Positions 18,991-27,740 of a stretch of 64,000 nucleotides of DNA are shown here, piece by piece. The DNA comes from Trypanosoma brucei (Eukaryota). Made by a program: the position numbers and the translations under genes. Numbering within the stretch: the first letter of the stretch is position 1; each line of letters starts with the position of its first letter. The DNA lies in NCBI GenBank assembly GCA_000002445.1, contig CP000066.1:1312001-1376000 (forward strand), given 5' to 3'. The notes below the pieces were generated by a model. The model was not told where the DNA came from and ran no database searches. It saw only the letters and a program-made list of their open reading frames with translations.

Positions 18991-20631
18991 TTAGATCCTG
19001 GCGGTATCGCAGAGAGTAACCCTCACCTCGTTCCAGTGCCGGTCAAGACTCCTCCATGAATGCAGTACATTCAGGAATAGGTCAGGAGCTAAACTGGTCT
19101 TCCCCATCAGTTGTTTACAATCATTATGAATGCTTCTGTTCTTTCCATCAAACGCAGTGACCACATTCCGCACGGCATCCATGATCTCGTCCCTTTGCTT
19201 TACATCTTCCACATTAGATAAGTCATACGCTCCGCGTTGTTCCCTCAACTTCTCCACTTCTTCATGCTGAAGGTTGATACGGATCAAAAGCTCTTTGAGT
19301 GCTTGTCCATTCTCTGACGAACCTTTGCTCACTGGCGCCTCAGGCCGGAACCCTTTACAGTTTGCCATGCCGAAGCCACCACTTCTTGACGTGCAACCAC
19401 TCTCAACGTTGGAGCTGTGGGACCGCTTCCTTGGAACCCGCGAATTATACAGTTCCGATGTTGTCCGCGCGGCATCCGGTTCTTCCGCAGAAACCGCAGC
19501 ACTTGCCTTCCCGAATGTGCTGGTGTTGTTGTCATTGGCATCGGTAGCAACGACAGAATTATCGTTTCCAGACGTAAGCTCACTTTCTATGGTGTAGGTG
19601 ATATCTCTTTCCTGTGAGATGGTGGGGGGACTGCGTGCTTGCGGCTCTGGGAGTCCGGTAGACGATTGTGTCAAGGGAACATCTGCGCTGGTTTGTATTT
19701 TTGGGGGTGTCACTGCGTCTGACTCAGGTTTCTTTTCACACAGTGTAGAATTGAGGGAAAGGCGACGAGATGCCGCCACGGAACTGCTTGATGTTTCTGA
19801 CAGCCGAATTCTCCGTGGGGGGAGGTCCAGTGAGAACTGCTCGTCAGCCCTTTTATCGCCACTATTTTTTTCCAAGAACATGTTCATAACAACTGCCAGT
19901 ACATGCGCGGGGTGCTCTTCCGGATAGTCAGGACCACTTGGTAGTGGTAGCGGGTTATGCTCCAGAGCCGTTTCCCTCACGTGGCGCGTAATGTCCCCAC
20001 GGCGAAGTAGCTTCCCGCAAAGAAGGGGGCAGAACAATTTCTTTTCTTGACACATCCTCTTATGCTGCACGGGGTCATCAGGATCGGTGAGGTATCTTCT
20101 GCACAGTGAACACTGTCGTGGTCCTGATGAGGGGGCTGGAGTTGACTCCACTTCCAGACAACCGGTCATCGCCACGGATGTGTTCCAATCATTTGTTTTT
20201 TGTGCATTGTCGTTTTCAATTAGCAGCGGTTGTGCCGCACAGTGCTCTTTCGGGGTATCCTTGACAATTAGACGTTTACACACAGTGCTTCCGTTGGTGG
20301 CAACGGCACTGAGTTCCGCCACACTCAGAGAGGGTGCGGCACATCCCTCTTTGGTAGCATACGAGGGTCGTTGATTCTGATATCCAATTGCCCCATTTGA
20401 AAGAGTTGTTACTTCGTTGGAATTATCAGTCAGCAGACCTTGGGCTTGATTCACCATTGCTTGTCTTACACATACTGTAGTAAGCTGGCTGGCACTTAGC
20501 TGAACGGAGCGGCTTGACGACACGCCATAGCTTTGTTTGGAGGAAACACTAGACGAGTGCGTTTTGAGTGCTAATTCGTTTACACCACGCCGTTGGGGTT
20601 CACACTCCGAGAGGGTGTGTTGCATGCTCAT
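18991..20631 (-). CDS. Hypothetical Ser-rich protein with one C2HC/TRAF-like zinc-finger segment
   Basis: 546-aa ORF, long and uninterrupted on the same strand as its neighbours. Low-complexity Ser/Thr-rich sequence. CSLCRRYLTDPDDPVQHKRMCQEKKLFCPLLCGKLLRRGDITRHV gives a Cys/His zinc-binding pattern. C-terminal coiled-coil-like segment (LQHEEVEKLREQRG). Confidence 0.5.
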   Translation of the reverse strand: MSMQHTLSECEPQRRGVNELALKTHSSSVSSKQSYGVSSSRSVQLSASQLTTVCVRQAMVNQAQGLLTDNSNEVTTLSNGAIGYQNQRPSYATKEGCAAPSLSVAELSAVATNGSTVCKRLIVKDTPKEHCAAQPLLIENDNAQKTNDWNTSVAMTGCLEVESTPAPSSGPRQCSLCRRYLTDPDDPVQHKRMCQEKKLFCPLLCGKLLRRGDITRHVRETALEHNPLPLPSGPDYPEEHPAHVLAVVMNMFLEKNSGDKRADEQFSLDLPPRRIRLSETSSSSVAASRRLSLNSTLCEKKPESDAVTPPKIQTSADVPLTQSSTGLPEPQARSPPTISQERDITYTIESELTSGNDNSVVATDANDNNTSTFGKASAAVSAEEPDAARTTSELYNSRVPRKRSHSSNVESGCTSRSGGFGMANCKGFRPEAPVSKGSSENGQALKELLIRINLQHEEVEKLREQRGAYDLSNVEDVKQRDEIMDAVRNVVTAFDGKNRSIHNDCKQLMGKTSLAPDLFLNVLHSWRSLDRHWNEVRVTLCDTARI

Positions 20632-20940
20632 TCAAAAAAAAAAAAATTGCGACAATAATAACAACTATTATTATTACTACCACTACTAAAACCTCGTTGA
20701 CACTGCTTTCAGCGCGGCTCGCCAACTGACGAAATGCTCTTGTCCCAAGACTGCGGTTATGCGGCGACCAAACAACAAAAAAGGAAAAAGAAAAAAATTC
20801 TCTACTAATAACAAAGTAAGCCGCCGGTGTCTCTAATGGAAAAAGAAGGATATGAGGACCATGGGAAAGGGAGAGCGAATAGGCTTCTACAGAGCAAATA
20901 CAAAGGCAGTAATGATCACACCAACCCGATAAATGCACAC

Positions 20941-20966
20941 ACACACACACATATATATATATATAA
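20941..20966. repeat. Compound (CA)5(TA)n microsatellite
   Basis: acacacacacatatatatatatataa. Confidence 0.9.
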
Positions 20967-22485
20967 TCGCAAAACGGATGACCAACAGCACGTCAAAATG
21001 ACACTTGATCATTACCTCTTCCGAATCCGATTCCTGTGCGCACCGTCCAGCACCCGAACTAACGAAGACACCATTCATCTGCGTGTGTTCTTACAAGTGA
21101 ATGGGGCCTTCGTTTGGAATTTCCGCATAAACGCGGCACATTTGGCGGTTTCTCACAAAAAACCACATCGTCCCCAAAATATCCCCGCTATCATGTTAAC
21201 GGACAATCAAATTAACTTTTCCACATTGTCAACAATGGTGAAACAAAATCAAAGGAGTTCGACGGGGGGATACATGGTTCGTCCGGTACTCATTTCCTTC
21301 TTTGGGATTCCAACTTAATGCATAAAATATAATCACGACACAAGGTCGAAACAAATTCAGTCCTGCCTCACAAGATGTCTCTCTCATAGAGGTTTGGTTA
21401 TGACATTGGATTGAGGTTACGAAATAGTGAATGGGGAAACGCAAAAGTAATGAGCAAACGGTCAACCACAAGATTTTATCACGTTCTGTTCATTTCGTAA
21501 TAACCGACAGCAAATACGGTGGACATTATCCTAAACATTTTTTTCTTATCTGGCTGAAAATACTCACAAGACCAGAGACATTGAGACAAGGCAACAGAAA
21601 ATATGGAAGAGAGGGAAAATACAAACACGAAGTGAGTAAACGGAAGAACGTCACCGCACCACAGATATGTGGTTATGGCAAAAGTACACACAGCGGCAGA
21701 TTGCAACAGATACATTACTCACAATCAGGTAATTAAAAAAACATAAGGTTTGCACAGTAAAAGTAGTGAAGAAGAAGCAAAAGGCAAAAAGTATTTTTAA
21801 AAAAAAAGCATTGAGAAATGCGCGCTTGACACGCGGCCATTCGGAGTCGCACGAGGTAGAGCCAGAAAAAAAAAAGGACGAAAACGCCCGTCCACGTAAG
21901 GAGTAGTGTACCAGCACGCTCCTTCAACTTTGTTTTTTTTTTCCTCTCCAACCACACCAAGCCGCAAACAGATACAAAGACACAATAATTCCCGTCTCCG
22001 AGTTAACCCACATGCGACCTACCTGATCAAAGAGTGGAAGGTGAAGGCAAACAAAAAAAAGCAAAGACCAAAGCAAAACAGGTTACAACGAAGAGTTGTA
22101 AGGATATAAACACCCGAAAATCCCATTATTCAAAGATTCCGTTCTTACAAAGAAGGGTCAATACGAAAAACATGTCAGGATTCGTAGCAACAAAGTGATG
22201 TCAGAGAATAGACATCAAGGAAAATCATGTTTGAGTAACCAAACAAGGTACCTACATTTTTTAGAGTGTATTCCCATCTTTTCTTCATTACACACTTCGT
22301 TACATACAAGTACTTCCTTCATACACAAAAGATCTGTCCGCAAACATTCCCGCATATTCCATCACAATGTAAAGACCCATTCGTACAATCCAATTTTTTC
22401 GTGTTGCAGTCTCGCACGTCTCAGCAACACTGCATATCCCTTCAGCTCATAATCCCAACAGACACACGCATATAAACCGCAAAGC

Positions 22486-24468
22486 CTAAATAAGAGCAAA
22501 CTCTCGAACACTGTCAAGGGCGGTACGCGCCTTCGTTAAAGCAGTCATCATCGCCGTGGTGGCGCTTCGTTGCTGAGCAATTTGTGGTGGCTCCGCAAGC
22601 AATTCCTCAACGGACCTTTCAGAATACAGTTTTCGCACCAACCTGGCATACACATCCTCACGCAACTTAGTTATCATGAGAAGAGTGATCGCTTTCGGTA
22701 CCTGATCAGCAACATTACTCTTCACAACAGCAAAGTAGCCCTCCACCATCTCACGAACCGCATCGTTGATATACTGTTCATGCGTTGACATTTTTTCATT
22801 TAGTTTGATGGAAGATGGTACAGCACCCATGTTGGATTTCTCCCCTTGAGAGACAATTGATTCTATCAGTCCCTTTCCACTTTTATCCTTGCTCACCTTC
22901 GCCTTACCCTTATCTTTATCATTTTCATTACCACCTTCCTCCTTTGACTCTTGGGCATTGCCACCAAATATTTTGATGAACGATCGCTGCACAAGATCCT
23001 CCATCAGTGGATGTTTCACATTGATGAAACCACGTTCAGCAGCAATGATTGTTTTGACATGCTCTACCGTGGGCGCACGGAATTCATTCAGCGCCTCACG
23101 GCATATATCCACAACAGCCTGCTTCAGTTTGGGGAAGCGCTCCAACTTGATTGAGCAGGCGTCGACGATCTTTATGAGTTCCTCGTACGTAAACTGCACG
23201 CACTTGAGTGACGGATCCTCCAAGCGCCCGATCTGCTGTTTTGCAAGTGCAACAAACACGTGATCTGATGGAAACAGGGACGCGTGCATACCAGCCATGT
23301 TCCGCGCATTAATGCGAATATACTCGTCGGTAAGGTCATTCTTCGCACTGATGCCGTTAACATATGTAGAGAAACATTCATGGAATATATAGTCAAGGCG
23401 GGCGCCACCAAGCAGTTCCTTAGAAGCATCCGATGCACCGCCATCAATTGTGTGGTTGATTGCGTCGCAAAACACTTTGATTAATGCCAGCATGCTAGCA
23501 CCAGGATCCACTCTGTCATGCTCACGCATACCAAGCCTTTCCATCTGTTTCCTTGTATCATCCAAGAGCTTGTCTACATGACTCTTTAACTCTGGAATAA
23601 CCATCTTGATGTGCTCGAGCAAGAGACCATTTAACTTCTGTGTCAGGTACTCTGTGCCCTGTGTGTCAGCAATGGACGCATATGCCGGGTGGTTGCGAAA
23701 AAATTCCTTTTCATCGTCACGAGCCGCTTGCATCCCCTTTGATGTATTTATATCATGTTGGCTGCGGTTAACGACACCAACGAAGCCGTGTCGAAGAGAC
23801 AAAACCTTCCCAGTAAGGATGTCGTACGCATCAGTGCCGCGATCCATAAGGTCCAGTTTCGTTAACACGGCAATTGTTCTCTCCCCCTCGGGATCCAACT
23901 GCTTGGCTATCTGGAGCGAAGAGCTCGTGGCCAAGTCAGCGTTTGCAGGAGATATCGCAAGAATAATTGTGTTTGAAGGAGAGATGTAACGCGTTACCAT
24001 ACTCTTGATCTGCCGATCGATATCTTTTGGTTGGTCACCAACGGCGTTCATCACGAGCCCGGGAAGATCGACAAGTGTCAGGTTAAGCACATGGGATGAG
24101 TAAATCTTGAGATTAATAGGCTTATCCGTAATAGCGGAGTGCCCAGCAACTTCCGTTGTACGGTTCTGAATCTCCTCATTGATCTCAGAAAAATCAAAAA
24201 ACTTCTTATTGGGTCTGTGGAGAAACTCACCCCATTCATCCTTGTTTGACCTTGGTAACTGTACCAGCTGCAAAACCAGTGGGCACCGTGTCACAATGCC
24301 TGAACCACGAGGAAGGAAATCCTTACCGACAATAGCCTCCAGCACACTGCTTTTGCCGGCACTCTGACTTCCCACAACAGCAATCTGTGGGAGGTTAAGC
24401 TTGATGTTCATCTTGACATTTGCAAAGGCATCGTGTAGGTCATTGACGACCGAGATGAGTCGCTCCAT
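22486..24468 (-). CDS. DLP1: Dynamin-like protein, copy A (probably TbDLP1)
   Basis: 660-aa ORF. Dynamin GTPase motifs: G1 VVGSQSAGKSSVLEAIVG; DLPG; TKLD. Middle domain and GED present. About 97% identical to copy B at 32510..34492. Assignment of DLP1 versus DLP2 to copy A versus B is from recalled Tb927.3.4720/4760 gene order and is uncertain. Confidence 0.9.
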   Translation of the reverse strand: MERLISVVNDLHDAFANVKMNIKLNLPQIAVVGSQSAGKSSVLEAIVGKDFLPRGSGIVTRCPLVLQLVQLPRSNKDEWGEFLHRPNKKFFDFSEINEEIQNRTTEVAGHSAITDKPINLKIYSSHVLNLTLVDLPGLVMNAVGDQPKDIDRQIKSMVTRYISPSNTIILAISPANADLATSSSLQIAKQLDPEGERTIAVLTKLDLMDRGTDAYDILTGKVLSLRHGFVGVVNRSQHDINTSKGMQAARDDEKEFFRNHPAYASIADTQGTEYLTQKLNGLLLEHIKMVIPELKSHVDKLLDDTRKQMERLGMREHDRVDPGASMLALIKVFCDAINHTIDGGASDASKELLGGARLDYIFHECFSTYVNGISAKNDLTDEYIRINARNMAGMHASLFPSDHVFVALAKQQIGRLEDPSLKCVQFTYEELIKIVDACSIKLERFPKLKQAVVDICREALNEFRAPTVEHVKTIIAAERGFINVKHPLMEDLVQRSFIKIFGGNAQESKEEGGNENDKDKGKAKVSKDKSGKGLIESIVSQGEKSNMGAVPSSIKLNEKMSTHEQYINDAVREMVEGYFAVVKSNVADQVPKAITLLMITKLREDVYARLVRKLYSERSVEELLAEPPQIAQQRSATTAMMTALTKARTALDSVREFALI

Positions 24469-24736
24469 AGGATCAAAAGTATCTAATAAAGGTGTAAGAT
24501 ATTAGTGTGCATGTGTGTGTGAAGAGGGGGAGATATAAACATCAACAAGGAAAGAACCACATGCAAGAACAATGATAACGAACATAAGGTGGGAATTCGG
24601 AAGACACTGTCACACATTTATCGTCACAGAGGTAGATTTTGCCTCATAGAAGAAGAGGGAAATATGATCTATTTTACAGGGTATGAGGTTGTGCGGCCCC
24701 CCTTACCTAGTCACAGCAGTATGGATCAGTAATCTT

Positions 24737-25903
24737 TCACCCGGTTCCATCCTCATTTTTATCGTCACTCAGAAGACCAAGCAACCGCTGTCGCCGCCGC
24801 CTCGCCTCAGAAACCTCCTGCAAAACGTGTGGTGCGTACGGTATCCTAATTCGCAGTTCACCATTCACCGAGCTGCGTTGTACATTAACACCCGAGGGAG
24901 CAACCTCTTGGCTTAACGGAACCTGGATGAGTTTCTCCTTAACAAACACTCGTATGTAGTTCACTTCCACTTGTACGTCAATTAGCGTTGTGGAGAGGAA
25001 TCTCGGTACCTTCACTGTCAACACAACTGCTTCACCATCATCCGCTTCCTCGTCAAGAGTGAAGGGGAGTTTGGGTTCGTTTCTCAGCAGAAGCCGCCCG
25101 TGCTTCGCTATCTCCTCCTCCGCAGTGAGACGCTGCGGCTTCCTTTCCAACTCTTCACGTATCGCGCCGAACTGACTAGACCGCTCACGTTCCCGTTGCT
25201 CTTCCCTTTTGCGCCTCTCCTCCTCCTCCTTCTCGCGCAGCATCTGGAGCCGCTCCTCTGGAGTATGGCCATATAAACGCTCACCCTTCTCGTTGTATCG
25301 TGGCGGAAAGGGGTCAACGCCTCGTGCAACCATCTCTGACTTGATACGCTCCGCTTCCTGCAGTCGCAGTGCCTCCTCATTCACAGCGACTGAAATGTCG
25401 TCTTTGCTTTGACGCGCCTCCAGCCGCTCTGTCTTAATTACCTCTTCTCCATCGAGCTCACGCAGCTGCGGCAGCGCGTGCACAACGTAGGCACGGTACC
25501 CGGCCACCTTCGTGCATGGGTTTCCAGTAAGATGCAACTGGTCCAGGAAAGCGTTCGCCCGCAGGCGCTCCACGCATGTCACGTCCGCCACAAAGTTCAG
25601 CGTCAGATCCAGACGCTCCAGGGCCTCACATCCCTCGAGACCTTCGATGTAAGTAATATTGTTCACAGCAAGGTTCAAATATTTGAGATACTTGAGATGC
25701 TGTAGGCCCTCGATGCGGGAAATGTAGTTGTTGCACAAGTATAGGATCTCCAGCTCACGACACGCGTCCCCAATGAGCTCGATCCTTTCAATGTCCTGCT
25801 GATGCAGTGCCACCTCCTTCAGGTTGCTTAGGCAACCTTCATTGTGCTCCGCGCGACGCCGAAGAAGGTCGGTAGTGATGCGGCCCATTGCTTGTATGAA
25901 CAA
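24737..25903 (-). CDS. LRTP: LRRC6/TILB (seahorse, LRTP-like) leucine-rich-repeat + coiled-coil + CS-domain protein, copy A
   Basis: 388-aa ORF. MGRITTDLLRRRAEHNEGCLSNLKEVALHQQDIERIE...ILYLCNNYISRIEGL...LNLAVNNITYIEGLEGCEALERLDLTLNF..LTGNPC is collinear with human LRRC6 (MGWITEDLIRRNAEHND...LSLHQQEIERLEHI...[43 protein letters not shown]..MGNPC). A charged coiled-coil follows (EKEEEERRKREEQRERER). A C-terminal CS/p23-like domain is present (VVLTVKVPRFLSTTLIDVQVEVNYIRVFVKEKLIQVPL, human [35 protein letters not shown]). Confidence 0.8.
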   Translation of the reverse strand: MFIQAMGRITTDLLRRRAEHNEGCLSNLKEVALHQQDIERIELIGDACRELEILYLCNNYISRIEGLQHLKYLKYLNLAVNNITYIEGLEGCEALERLDLTLNFVADVTCVERLRANAFLDQLHLTGNPCTKVAGYRAYVVHALPQLRELDGEEVIKTERLEARQSKDDISVAVNEEALRLQEAERIKSEMVARGVDPFPPRYNEKGERLYGHTPEERLQMLREKEEEERRKREEQRERERSSQFGAIREELERKPQRLTAEEEIAKHGRLLLRNEPKLPFTLDEEADDGEAVVLTVKVPRFLSTTLIDVQVEVNYIRVFVKEKLIQVPLSQEVAPSGVNVQRSSVNGELRIRIPYAPHVLQEVSEARRRRQRLLGLLSDDKNEDGTG

Positions 25904-26095
25904 TTAAAACAAAGGTCCGCTGCTTATGCCGCCCGCCCTATAAGCAACAGGATACTCTATACCTTGAAGAAGGAACGGAAAGAAGTGATGAAATAGGGAG
26001 AACGCGGCAATACCGGAATGCTGATGCACTAATGGGACCGCATAGCACCGCTACGGAATTCTCGATAGAAACTACACCCGAGACCATTACGTACC

Positions 26096-27370
26096 TCAGA
26101 GTGGCGGCATGGTGGGGGCTCCACAGCTACTATCCCCAAATGCCATCTGCAGTGCCCGCCGCGCGTCGTCAAAACGCTGGTGATCCCCAGACAACATCGC
26201 CTCGTCCACCACCTCAGTGTGGCGCAGCAGCACCGTGTCTTCGTCGCGCAGTTTGTGTCTGTACTCATAGTGTCCCAGCCGCACCAACTCACGCCCCGCA
26301 ACGGACGCGCGCATAAGCGTCAGGAAGGTGTCCATCAACACCTCGTAGAACGGTGACGACATGGCATGCCGCCGCAGCAGCATGTGCAAGCCTGACACCG
26401 TTGAGTCCAGCGCCTCGTGCGAGCCTGCGGGAAAGACGGCGCGGATAGCATCACGGTGGCGGAAGTGGTAGTCAAGGCGGCGTCCGAACACGAACTCACG
26501 CGCCGCATGATTTGTGCATGCCATCGCTATGGTTGCTACAGCGCATGAGGGCAACGGAGATCCCAGTGGAAGTCCCAGCACACCATTCACCAGCTGCTCT
26601 GTTGCACTAGTCGCGTGCTGCAGATAAGACATCGTCGCTGACACGGACCCAGGGTACTCACTACTTACCAACCCGGCACCCATGCTACACAGTGGTACAC
26701 ACCCGTTCACGAGCGAAAGAATTTCCGCTGCCAATGGTCCATCTAACCACGTAACACTCTCTCGTCGCCAGAGCCGCTCCGTCAGCGACTGCAATGAACG
26801 GGAAAGCTCAACGTCAGCCTTACCACCCAAAGCGAACGAAAGCGTGACACCGCTATTCCTATTGGCATCACCTCCATCACACGCAGCCGCAGACGTCACG
26901 GCCCATTCCCTTGCAAAAAGAGGCCCGGACACAACAACTAACTTCGATGGCAGATCCTGAGACACCCGCCCAAGCTGCTCCAGTGGCGTCAAGCCTTCTC
27001 TAGTAAAACCACGTGTGAACAGGAGCATCGGCGCGTCAGCGTGATTCTGCGCGCACCTAACCATCGGGGGCGTATGAGCGCCGTCATTTTCCAGGCACGT
27101 CGCTGGGACGCATGAAAGTACAGCATCCACACCTACGTCATCCTTTATGGGCTCCGCATCTACAGCGCGCACTGTCAACCCCGATGGCGCTCGTATGCGT
27201 CGGTCAGCCAGGCGGAAAGTGCGTGAGCCATACTGCACATCATGAAGGTAGTCACGGTCACGCCCTACCATCGTCACCTCACAAGACGCGGCCGCCCCAT
27301 TCGCTAGCAGAGAGAGGGCACATGCAGTCCCCAGCTCCCCACTACCAAGCACAAGTAGTCGGGTGCGCAT
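26096..27370 (-). CDS. Hypothetical protein with N-terminal NAD(P)-binding Rossmann-fold motif, copy A
   Basis: 424-aa ORF. MRTRLLVLGSGELGTACALSLLANG fits the GxGxxG dinucleotide-binding pattern of GPDH-like or ketopantoate-reductase-like oxidoreductases. The rest is not confidently assignable by eye. Identical to the copy at 36120..37394. Confidence 0.55.
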   Translation of the reverse strand: MRTRLLVLGSGELGTACALSLLANGAAASCEVTMVGRDRDYLHDVQYGSRTFRLADRRIRAPSGLTVRAVDAEPIKDDVGVDAVLSCVPATCLENDGAHTPPMVRCAQNHADAPMLLFTRGFTREGLTPLEQLGRVSQDLPSKLVVVSGPLFAREWAVTSAAACDGGDANRNSGVTLSFALGGKADVELSRSLQSLTERLWRRESVTWLDGPLAAEILSLVNGCVPLCSMGAGLVSSEYPGSVSATMSYLQHATSATEQLVNGVLGLPLGSPLPSCAVATIAMACTNHAAREFVFGRRLDYHFRHRDAIRAVFPAGSHEALDSTVSGLHMLLRRHAMSSPFYEVLMDTFLTLMRASVAGRELVRLGHYEYRHKLRDEDTVLLRHTEVVDEAMLSGDHQRFDDARRALQMAFGDSSCGAPTMPPL

Positions 27371-27740
27371 GACAAATTCACAGATCTGCCCCGTACCTCA
27401 CCGCTCCAAACATCAAACCTTGGAGAGGCAACATCAAAGGAGGATAGGGAACAACAAAGACATATGGAGGAGTAGCAACCGCAGGCTGCAACACTGTAGT
27501 GACGGGGAACCAACAAAAAATATGCAAACGCCATGTCCACCACTCACAAGCAAGCTGGTGGGAAGTCTCCCGATGAATGGTAAAATAAATGTTACCCACT
27601 CATGCGCTAGCAATAAACTTTACCAATACTACCTCCTTCATGTTTCTCATTTCTCCCTCCCCAACCCTAAAAATAAAATTCACCTGTGTTTCCTGCACAC
27701 ACAGTCATGCGTAGTGGAGCCATGCACAAAATATACTGGC

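Noticed and set aside
26096-27370. Calling the 424-aa duplicated protein a glycerol-3-phosphate dehydrogenase or ketopantoate reductase
   Set aside because: Only the N-terminal GxGxxG-like Rossmann motif is recognisable by eye. The remainder does not show the family-specific catalytic motifs I can recall, so it is left as a hypothetical oxidoreductase-like protein.
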